Below, piece after piece: positions 53,161 through 64,000 of a stretch of DNA of 64,000 nucleotides. The notes beneath the pieces are model-generated. The model was not told where the DNA came from. It did no database searches and saw only the letters and a program-made list of their open reading frames with translations. A program made the translations under genes and the position numbers. Positions within the stretch are counted from its first letter, which is position 1. Each line of letters opens with the position of its first letter. The DNA is taken from assembly GCA_904063045.1 (NCBI GenBank), contig CAJFCJ010000001.1:620001-684000 (forward strand), in the 5' to 3' direction. The stretch is from Dimorphilus gyrociliatus (Eukaryota > Animalia > Annelida).

Positions 53161-55311
53161 ATATAATAAACCAATAGATGTTGTTAACGTACGGTCATTT
53201 GTTTTTCCTATGTACGCCTTGTTGATTATTTGTTTTAACATTTTCTTTAAGAAAAAGTATCTTTTTTATCCGAAAGTTTTGTAGCTATTGTCTTATTTTC
53301 TTCCTCTTTAGTTCTCTCTTAAGGAAGAGAGAGGGAAAGAGAAATAGAAAGAAAAAAATGAAGGTGCTCTAAAGAATACCCTTCAATACGACATACATTT
53401 AGCAGAGGTAGAGATTTTTCCTAGGCCTATTTATTTTCTTTTTGTAACAAATGATGAAGACTTTTAGCCATGAATAAAGAAACAATTAATGAAACCAAAG
53501 ATAACATTATCTTCTCCCTTTTCCATCATCTTAAACTATAGTTCTCTCAGTATAGTCTTTTTATATATAATACTACGAGGGTGAACAACCTAGATATTAT
53601 CATGTGTCACTGACATTAAGGTCAAGCATGAACCATAATCTTTCAATGTTAAATGAGTATACGACAAGCTACTATGTTGTACAAAATCGTAATAAATGCA
53701 GTAAATCGCAATTTTTTTGAAAGAGATATAAATAATTAAACTATTCAATGCAATATCAATTTAAATAAAACAAAACGATTTTCAAGGCTGTTCTATTCAA
53801 TGATAAAAAAATGTAACTATTATACATTTCTATATATAATACATTAAGTTTAATCTAATAAAAGTTGAATATAATAATAGAATTTTAAAGGACTAAAGCC
53901 TTGAACTTTAGGAGTTAATAAGCTTTAATTATATTGTAAATTCATGTAACATTAAAACATTTCTATTTTTGAACGAAGGACACTTTCTATTTAGTAATTA
54001 GAACAGCTAATGCATTGTATCTACTTTCTCTTCGTGTTTCTCTAATGATCAAGAAGAGAAAAGAAAAGAGCAAGATATTAGTCTTAAAAAATATATAGTA
54101 TATAAACTGCGCATTTAAACGCTATTACGTGGAAATGAATCAAAATGTATTCAAAAGATATAGAAAGAAAAAATATTATAAAAGATAGTTTAAATGTAAT
54201 ATTAGATATTTCTTAATCTTTCATCATTTCATATGTCTATATTTCTAATTAAATAGAAATTGAATAGGCAAAAAGGTCACATAATCTGTCGTATATTCCT
54301 CTATGTATATTACAAATATATAGTGATTAGAAAAAGAAAGAATTATGAATGCAGATTGATTCTAGATATTTATTACTTGAACAATACAATTCCCCGAAAA
54401 ACATCACGCATAATAAAATTATTTAATGTAATTTGTACATTCATAAAGAAGTATATATACTAAAATAGTATATACTATGTTGTAAACTCGTTTATATAAT
54501 TCTTTGATAATTGTACTACTGTATGTATAAATGAAAAAGAGAATATCAGGCGGCCAAGATTTAGCGATATAAAGAGAGAAAGAGACCGAGAGACAGAGAG
54601 AGAAAGAAAGAAAGAGATGTATTTGTATTAAATGAAAAGAAAGGAGGAACTTTCTTATAGTTTGATTTCAAAGAAATGATTCTGGTTGAAACCTATTTAA
54701 ATCACGAATGCACCGCGCCATCTGTTAGCCTCGGAATATATTTATTGTTATGTTTATGAATAGCTGCTTCTCATGTTTACAATACATTTTTCTGTATGTT
54801 AATAATGTTATATTTATATCAATATGTCTATGTTAGTCGTTTGCTACATTATACGAAAATTAAGCAATCGTTTGTCTTTAAAAATGAAATATAGAGGGCA
54901 TACTGAATAGCGTAGTATAAAGTTGAGAAGAACAATACCTTTGTGTAATATAGTATATATAGATATATTTCTTTGTTGGAGCTATCAATAAATTCAAAAC
55001 AGCTTGTTTCTAAAAGTCTATCTTTTATTATGCTATTAGTGAATGGGTATTACTAACATGTACTGTCTATTTTTAGAAATATGAAGTCGCTAACAGGTAG
55101 AGAATAGAAAGCCAAAAGTGATGATTAAAGATATTTATTCTTCAGCAGTTAAACTTTTTTTCAAACATTCAGTATGAATTATAGCAATAAATAAAACTAT
55201 TATTTTGATAAGATTTTATAAAACTTAGTAGCTTACTCTAACTTTGAAGATCATCTATCTGTAGTGAAGTTTAGTAATTATAATCACCTATTATGTATTT
55301 TAATCTCCAAT

Positions 55312-55330
55312 ATATATATATATATATATA
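55312..55330. repeat. (AT)n microsatellite in the AT-rich intergenic gap
   Basis: atatatatatatatatata. Confidence 0.8.
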
Positions 55331-55940
55331 GGTTCTTTGTCTATTGTGATAAATCTCCATTTGTCATGTTGGCACGCGAACAAAAGTGACAAGGTCAAAA
55401 CTTCGAATATATTTTGGTTTCTCGATTGAATCTTTATTTTCGAAATGAATCAGGTCACTCTTTTCCGAACAATAATAATAATAAAGATTATAACATCAAA
55501 TAATGAATTGATGATATTAGAATATAGAAAGAGGCGACTTCAGTGCAAAGAAGGCAAGATATTCCAAGCAGTAGTATTTTATATAAATAAAATAAATATC
55601 CTTTATTTTTTTTACTTCCTGTATTTAAATCTGCTCAAAGTATACTAAAAATACTGTGATAAAAATTTTCTAGTTACTACATTAGAACAATATTAATGGA
55701 TATTCAATGAATTTACTTTTTGGTATCTAAGGTATTATTACAGAGGTATTTATATGAAACAATGAATTTTCAACTTCCTTTTTAAAAATAAATCATATTA
55801 TTTATTAAAAAGCCCAATAATAATGACAATTTTAGTAAAAACGCCCACGTTACTTGTCTAGTTTACAAGGTATACTATATATTAGCTATGTCGGTAAAAA
55901 TCGTGACTAAATTTACACAAAACCCTAACGGTTTGTTCCA

Positions 55941-55952
55941 TGCGCATGCGCA
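55941..55952. promoter_or_regulatory. NRF1-type TGCGCATGCGCA palindrome upstream of DEGS1
   Basis: Perfect 12-bp palindrome ~85 nt upstream of the ATG. Confidence 0.55.
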
Positions 55953-56035
55953 ATTTTACTACCGGTTATTGTCCACATCGTACGACCATAGCGTGATAAG
56001 AAACATCACCATTTTTCTTCAAAGGAGACTCAAAC

Positions 56036-57628
56036 ATGGGACAAGGTGTTTCTCGCACAGATTACGAATGGGTTTATACAGATGAACCCCATGCAACTAG
56101 GCGAAAAGAGATTATGGGTTCGCATATTTTTCCTTCATTTTGTTTTCATTTAAAGACTTAGCGGTTTCTGCTTTTAATTTCAGCCAAATATCCCCAAGTA
56201 AAAAAGTTGATGGGTTGTGACCCAAATATGAAGTACAAAGTTACTGCATTGATTCTCATGCAGCTGATTGCCTGCTACTTAGTTAAAGATTCGTCATTTT
56301 TAACTATATTCATTGTCTCCTACTGTTTTGGCGGTGTTATTAATCACTCTCTCACTTTGGCAATACACGAAATTTCACATAACCTTGCCTTTGGGCATAG
56401 TAAACTACTATGGAATCGTTGGTTAGGAATTTGGGCAAATTTACCATTAGGAATACCCATGTCAATATCCTTCAAAAAGTATCACTTGGAACATCATAAA
56501 TATCAAGGGGACGTTGATAAGGATATGGATGTTCCTCATGAATTAGAAGCTAAATTATTTACAACTACCTTATTGAAATTTGTATGGCTGTTGCTACAGC
56601 CCGTCTTTTACGCTCTAAGGCCGTTGGTGGTGAATCCTAAACCTGTAACATTGCTTGAGATAGCAAATACTATTATTCAAGTCATATTTGACATTATTAT
56701 AGTCTACACAATGGGCTGGAGATCTCTAATTTACCTTGCTTTTGGAACGTTCACTGCCATGGGTCTTCATCCGGTGGCGGGTCATTTTATTTCTGAACAC
56801 TATATGTTTGTCAAGGGTTACGAAACGTACAGCTACTATGGCAGATTGAACTGGATTACATTTAATGTGGGATACCATAACGAGCATCATGACTTTCCTA
56901 GTATTCCAGGATGTAACTTACCCAAGGTAAGAATCTATGAATCTATTTACTCTCTTTCCTTATCTACAATCTGTTTATTTTTCGGTTGTTTGAAACCGAT
57001 ACAAGACTATTAACTGATAAAGACACTAGAGTTGTGTGTATAACTACTAGAGGCATATGTCCTATCTATCGCTATTGTTATGGAAAGCAGCTAATCCCTT
57101 CATAGTTGTTTACCATCGCAACAGCTTAAACAAGAAAGAGTTTTAAACGAATAATCATTCATCTAGTAATTGATATCATAACAAATTTAACGTCTTCTTT
57201 TTTTGTAAAGACTAAACAACCATAACACCCATTTAAACTGTTTTTTCTTCTATCTAAAAAAATGCTATTAAAACTTTCGAACTATTGAACACAAATCATT
57301 AACAATATATTCTTGACATCTTTTGTAATTTGTTTGTTGTATATCGTTACCTTTTTAACTAAAATGGATTTTTAACTATTATTACAGCTGAAAGAAATGG
57401 TACCAGAATATTATGACAATTTACCTTGCCACAACTCCTGGTGCAAGGTATAATATTGATATTATTTTTATTTATCTCCTTCATAATGAAATAATGACCT
57501 TTTTTTTTTCCTTTCTCAAGGTTCTTTGGGAATTTATTTTCAATCCTGATATAGGACCATATGCAAGAATACGTAGACGTCGTAAAGAAAGACTTGAGAA
57601 TATGAACGAAACACCTAAAAACGAATAA
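56036..57628 (+). CDS. DEGS1: Sphingolipid delta(4)-desaturase
   Basis: [27 protein letters not shown]-terminal motif; His boxes HEISH, HLEHH, HNEHH; final exons [11 protein letters not shown] and IGPYARIRR. Confidence 0.97.
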
Positions 57629-58124
57629 TTGAGCAAAGAGTAACTTCTTTGTTATACGGGATACTTTTATCACCCTAAACTATAGCTATGTTATTATATG
57701 TGCACGTATTTATCACAGTATTACTGTTTTCTTACTAGTATTTAATATTTCTTGATATTATTCTTTTTCTTAATGATATGCTTATATGCTTATAGTGAAA
57801 GTTTACGTATTCATTACGTTAATGCTTTGACTGGACTTATATGAGATTTACACCAACTATATCTTAGGTAATTATTACATCTCAAAAAATGTTCAAAAAA
57901 CTTGGTGCCTTTTGATTTTATTATTCAACATCAGTAAAATTGTTTGTTGTAGGCAGATAGAATTGTATTACGTTCATAGTTATTGTTAGAATACATGAAC
58001 GCAACAATCCCTACCCATCGATTTACATGATATTGAAAAGTGCTTGTTGTTAAATCAAATTGACTAAATCCTAAATAACTTAACAGGGTATGTAAATAAC
58101 AAAACAATGATAAATCTATCGAAA

Positions 58125-60111
58125 TTAGTGCCAATATTTTCCAATGGAGGATGACTTAATAGACGCATTTGAGGGCCACGGTGTTACTGTTGGGGTATTC
58201 ATGCCTCTGTTCAAATCGCATCCTGAAAGATGACGTACAAGTCGACTTATATCTGGCCCTTTGCATGATTCAGTTTTAGCCATTTCTAAAGCGGCTGCAA
58301 AATCCCAAACTTGTAAACTGCCAGAATTATGTCCCGTGATGATATAGCGACCAAGGTTATTAGGTGCGTCATGAACTAGTAAATCGGTGACGGCACTACC
58401 ATCTACGGCATCCAATCTTGTTATGCACTTACCATTTAAAGCGTTTCTAATATAAACCTCGCTACAATTAGGGACTAGTTTATGAGCAAAGACAAGATTC
58501 TCCGATCCATGAACTTTCATTTGCCATTCATCGACATTATCATCTAAGCAAAGAATCCTAAAAGAAGCTACTGGTTTGGTTGGTGGGTGAGGCTGTGTTG
58601 CCATAAGACCTAATTCCCGTTTTACTTGAAAAGTTCGAACATGGCCATATTGTGAACAAATTGAGAACAAATTGAGATCAGATAAATGCAGAGAAATAAC
58701 AGGGCTTGTATGGACTAGAATTGTTTGAACAAGCGCTGGTCCATTCGTCGCGGCTTTAGTCTCCGGATATTGAACTAGAATATGTATACTACCATTAGCC
58801 GTACCATAGGCAACTTCAAACCATTTATTGTGATAAGAATGAGGTTTACAATGAGGTAGATGTATTGAAACAGCGGTGATTTTTGATCTATTCGGATCTA
58901 TATACCAATCAGTAACTAATAAATCAGCCATAGAATTATTGATATATTTAATTGGGAGTTTGTGGAGATCTATAGCTCTAATAACTCCATCAGAGCAGCC
59001 AAGTAGCAGTATTAGATTGGGGGCAAATGCAAACGAAAAAATTGGAGTTACCACTTTGCAAACTGTCCAAGGCCTTGAAAATGTACTTTGCCATACCCCA
59101 ATCTCTCCAGTTTTTGCAATAGCTACCAAAGATTCATCAAACCCAACTAAAAGACTAGTGACATTTGCTCCAAGTTTTAGGACATCAATTTCTTGAACTT
59201 GACCATTTAAAAAAAAAGACCAAATCTTTATGCAATCACGGGGAGTATTAGCACACAGAAGGCTTCTCGACTGCCTAATAATTAACGCTACTTCATCAAC
59301 AACAGTTTCTAATTGTTCGCTTGTCCATACAGGAAGCCATATTTGAGGTGTTTTGATTCGATACAACGATAATCTTTTACAAGCATAGCCAGCTACGAGC
59401 CAGTTATGTTGAGCTTTAATTACGGTAACAGTTTTCTCTTCAACAGCCTCAGTAACCTCAGGCGGCGGAAGAGAAGATACAAAGTGTACACCTCCACAAG
59501 AGTCCTCTGTTAATAACCTACAAGCTTTCAGCCTCTTAACTAGTGGAGTGACTCCAAAAAAATCAGCTTCAACTTGTAAAGCATCAATCATAGCAGGAGA
59601 TGTATCATTGCTATAGATGTTGAAATTTGCAGATTATTTTATGTTCAATAAAATAAATACCATTCAATGAATTCTACCTTAATTGTAAATGTCTTGTCCT
59701 CAAAAAGTGGAGAATTACCTTGAAAAGATCGGGATCGCGATCAATAAAATACTGAAAGTATTTTTAATGAATATTTAATTTATATTTTATTACATTGTAG
59801 CAATTTCTACTTACAGCACCATTTTCATCAACTATAGAATTTAATCTACCACTTAGAAGACTGTTGTAAAATCGTTTTTATATGAGAAATCAGTTATATG
59901 CAAAATGATTGTGACTAAAACCTTGTAAAAAATGTGTCTGGGATCCATGTGAGAGTTTCTCGTGAAGTTGTAAACCTTTAAAAATGGTATTTTAATAGAA
60001 AAAGTCCTATTTTGTACAAAATTTCTTTTCTTACCTGCCACCTCCAACATTTAATTTAACAATATTATTTGGGCCATCAGAGACCGGTGTACCAGCCGTT
60101 GTGGCGTCCAT
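58125..60111 (-). CDS. KCTD3: BTB/POZ plus WD40-like protein (KCTD3/SHKBP1 family)
   Basis: IVKLNVGG|FTTSRETLTWIPDTFF|LLSG..DENGA|YFIDRDPDLF BTB domain; EADFFGVTPLVKRL..C..SCGG; beta-propeller region with IITGHNSGSLQVWD. Confidence 0.9.
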
Positions 60112-60287
60112 TGACTAACAACAGTTGTTATAACCAACACTAAAATAATTTGCTTATTTTTAGGCTTTTAACAAATGTTTATTAAGAATGTTTTACTGCG
60201 ACGAAAATGTATTCCAGTTGTGCCATAATCGAAAACGGTGTCCGTTACCACGCATGCGTCCTTTTTCCCCCTGAGATAAAAATCGTC

Positions 60288-60655
60288 ATGGGCTTCGCTA
60301 ACATTTGGCATTCTCACCCTAGAAAATACGGCCAAGGCTCTCGATTTTGGTAAGTTAATGTATAATAAGTACTTATCTGTATATCCGACGATAATTTTTT
60401 CGAAAAATATCGTTTTTTATCATAAATTTCCGACCCTTTAATGTGCCATGCCTTGTCACTCAATTAAGTCTGTATTATCGCTCCTTGCAGTCGAGTCTGC
60501 GGAAATAGACACGGTCTTATCCGAAAATACGGATTACATATGTGCCGTCAATGCTTCAGAGCATATGCTGGTGATATCGGTTTCAAGAAGGTAATTTTGG
60601 CTTATTTCAAAAATGTAATAATTATAATTTTTTCTTTGCATTTCAGCTCGATTAA
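60288..60655 (+). CDS. RPS29: 40S ribosomal protein S29 (uS14), missing from the ORF track
   Basis: [20 protein letters not shown]|[34 protein letters not shown]|LD*; TCT-like CGTCCTTTTTCCCCC upstream. Confidence 0.98.
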
Positions 60656-61154
60656 ATATATTTTCAACTATCGGCATCTGGGGATGCTCTAAAGTCTAAG
60701 AAAGCGTTTTGTTTCAATACAGAAAATTATCAGTGACTGATTGAAATCGATTTCTTTTCATTTATATATCCTAATAGGACACTCACTTATAAACTCTGTA
60801 GCACAAGAGAATCCTAGTTACACAACCCATACATTCCTTTGTTAATGACTTTAAGTCCCGTCGACTTAAAATGAAAAATTAAAATTCTCAATCTTTTACG
60901 ATAGGCTATTTTGTTTCACAGCGCAAAATCCGCTTACTGCTTGCTAATGATACTAAATCCTATTAAATCAATCATACTTTATATGGATAATTAGGTAATT
61001 GGTCATTATAGTCGAAGAGCTAATTATATTTAAAAAAGTACTTGAGCTTATAAGCTACAATGGCGTAATAGATATATGTAGATAGTTTGAAATTAGCGGG
61101 TGAAAATGGTAAAACATTAGACAGCTTCACTAGAAAACTGGTTAAGAATAGAGA

Positions 61155-62860
61155 ATGGTTCTTAGTACGATTTTGTCTTTTATTTTGCCCTGTATCACCT
61201 TTGGTTGGCTTTACTACCTCTACAAGTTAGTATATTTACATAGTTGACACATTGTAATAGGAAAAAATAAAAAATTTTCAATTTTCCAGACATTATGTTA
61301 TGCTACCCATTGAATTTCATAGTGATGCTCGCCTGGATGGGAAAACTGTTGTTATTACAGGAGGAAGTAGTGGATTAGGATTGGAAACTGCAAGAAATTT
61401 ATGTTCTAGAGGTAATTTAAAATTGTTTTCAATAAGTGGTATTATAGTAAAACCTAAAAATTTTGAGAAATTCAGTGTCGGCTTTTCATGCAATTTTGTA
61501 TACAGCCTCAAGATCTCATTGCCAGACTTCTGTATTTTATTAGTCACCGTAACAAACCTAATAAAAGTATTTTCCATGCAGACAAAATTATACGAAGAAA
61601 ATCTTTCACCGTATAATTAATTTTATACCAGACTTATATAAATAATGTATATATTCACTGTTATATTAATGGTTATAGCACTAAAAAACAGAAATTAAAA
61701 ATCACGATAATCTATAAATTATTTTTCAAACTTGCTTTATATTTAAACAATATGAAGTTTTTTATATTTATTTAAATTAGGAACTTTATTTTTTATAAAT
61801 GAATATTTTACCTTCCATACAACTATCTCATTTATGAATCTCCACCCATTTCCATTCAAAAAAAAAGTCGATTACGATAATTAAGAAAAAGATTAGAATT
61901 TTTGTTAATTTTTATGTAAATATTTCATATTTTTCTATTTATATTTTCAGGTGCAAGAGTAATTATAGGCTGTCGAGATAAAAAAAAGGCGGAGGAGGCG
62001 CTCATAGACGTTAAATCTAGTTGTAAATCGGCATTAGTTTCTTACTTTCATCTCGATTTGGCTTCGCTAAGCTCTGTGAGGAAATTTGTTCAGGAGCTGA
62101 AAGACTCCAACATTCGTGTGAATATTTTGATCAATAATGCGGCAGTCGTCGGGGTACCTTATCAAAAAACAATTGACGGATTCGAATACATTTTTGGAGT
62201 TAATTATTTAGGACATTTTCTATTAACGAACCTTATGCTGGATCTTTTAGAAGCAAGAGCTAGAATAATAAATGTTTCCGCTCATGCGCATATTTTTGGA
62301 CATATTGATTTTGATAATTTAATGATGGATAGGGGTTTCAACTCTATTGTGGCATATTTCAATAGCAAACTGGCTATGGTATTATTTACTCAAGAAATAT
62401 CGAGAAGATTAGATATTGAAGTTGCTTGCTCATATGCTCTCCATCCAGGCGCCATATACACTCAATTAACCAGACATTTTTTCTTTATGAGATATAAATT
62501 TTTAAGGATGATAAGTGACCAATTGGGAAAACATTTCCTAAAGAATGCCAAACAAGGGATCCATACCATTCTCTATTGTGCTTTATCTGAAGAAATAGAA
62601 GGTGTCAGTGGTAAATACTTCAGGTAGGTTACCTTTCTATGTCCATCTTTTTTATCATTTCCAGTTAAAGTATTTAAACAGTAACAGCTAGAAAAAATAT
62701 GTTCATCTTGCTAAAAGAACAATGTTAATAAGAATTACTTTTCTTCTTATACAGCGATTGCAAATTATCCGTACCAATTCAAGAAGCTTTGGACATTGAA
62801 ATAGCTGAGAGATTGTGGTCAACCAGCGAAGAGTTAGTAAGACTTAAAAAGGACGATTGA
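61155..62860 (+). CDS. Retinol dehydrogenase 12/13-like short-chain dehydrogenase
   Basis: N-terminal TM exon MVLSTILSFILPCITFGWLYYLY; LDGKTVVITGGSSGLG, LINNAA, NYLGHFLLT, catalytic YFNSK, LHPGAIYT. Confidence 0.93.
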
Positions 62861-64000
62861 TTATGAACAGCTTCTTCCATTTCCAACATCTTCCTATGTT
62901 TCTTTCCTCCCAAGAAAATTATTTTGTATTTTAAATTTCTGGAAAGTAGTCTTGTTTTTTAAATCAAAAACCAAAGAAAAAAAAGAAAATAACCAAACAA
63001 GACAGCAAATAAAATGCACTAGTCTACATTTGAGATAAAAAAAGAAGCTATCTCACACCTTTAAATAGTCATACCTTTTCTCTTTCTCTCTCATTAATTT
63101 ATTGATTCTCAAATTGTCTTGGAGTATTGTTAGTTTTATTTCTCTTTTATGAGTGTGAAATTTTGGTTTGCCTTTGTTTTCTGCTTTAAGTATATTAATT
63201 ATCTTCTTTAGCGATAATGATTTATCTTAGCCAACCAACCAATTGTCTTGCATTACTGTTTTATGCTAGAGTTTTATATTATGTTATTGGGTTTTTCTTT
63301 TGCCATTATTGCTCGTGTAAATTGATAAAATGCTGTAATAGATTAAAAAAAAACAAGCCATATTCTGCCAAGATGAAACGTGATGATCTGCTCGTTTTTT
63401 TAATAATAAATAATTATTAAATGAAAGCAAAAAGCTTTTTTCTTGTAATTTAATATCTCATTTTCATGGCATTTATTTATTTCTGAATTACATAGATAGG
63501 TACGTTAAAGTTCAATTTTACTTAATTTATTAAAAAAAATTCATTAAGTTTTTAAATGGAAACAAGAGAATTCTTTAGTAAAATTATATCTTAAATAATT
63601 AAAAATTCACGTAGATCTAATTTGTAGCTTTATTTCTAGTTTTAGCCATTACAATTATAAGCTCTAACACGTTGGCCATAAAGTGTACACAGCAAATACT
63701 GTGCTCTTTCAAAAAAATTTTTACAGCCGCTGTGCTGCGCTTAGCTTTGCTGAATATTTGAACATATTTTTTATTAGTTACGCGTTCGAGATGACGTTTA
63801 AAATTCTCTAAGAGTTGCGCAACTTAAAATGAATATTTGTGGCACTATCTTTACGTTTCTTTTAAGATTTCTATCTAACATCGTTTTATGGTAATTATTA
63901 TTTAGCATTATTCTTTTCAGTAAATTGATCTTCTATTTTCTTTTCTATAATTGCAAACCGCTGAGCGATAATATAGCTATTTATAAATTTTCAGTCTCTG

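Noticed and set aside
53200-55900. Short ORFs (54260-54463, 55445-55648) in the AT-rich gap
   Set aside because: Low-complexity chance ORFs with no splice or homology support
63217-63420. 67-aa ORF at the window end
   Set aside because: AT-rich, no family signal; likely noncoding

Overview
Eukaryotic, not prokaryotic: an AT-rich, very gene-dense animal genome segment with GT-AG introns mostly ~45-70 nt long. The style suggests a miniaturised invertebrate genome such as the annelid Dimorphilus gyrociliatus; this is inference only. About 25 protein-coding genes can be supported, mostly housekeeping: PFDN2, SFT2D, CHMP1B, an RNF180-like RING protein, RPA3, an aldo-keto reductase, nucleolin, an SLC10 transporter, AP-1 sigma, a second nucleolin-like gene, Piezo, a LIN-9-like gene nested antisense in a Piezo intron, RPL35, PIGH, ZNF800-like, CNOT2, ATG7, ITFG1, a claudin/PMP22-like tetraspan, DEGS1, KCTD3/SHKBP1, RPS29 and an RDH12-like SDR, plus three orphan or degenerate genes. 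The main unexplained structure is a snoRNA cluster in three consecutive nucleolin introns. Two C/D boxes carry guides offset by one nucleotide; these predict 2'-O-methylation of adjacent 28S adenosines (yeast A2280 and A2281 equivalents), and one also predicts G2288. One H/ACA hairpin has a pocket matching 28S AAGGGAAG-U-C-GGCAA. rRNA sequences and numbering are recalled from yeast and human, not looked up. Gene spans run from start to stop codon including introns; exon boundaries were read by eye. No tRNA, rRNA, CRISPR or recognisable transposon was found.
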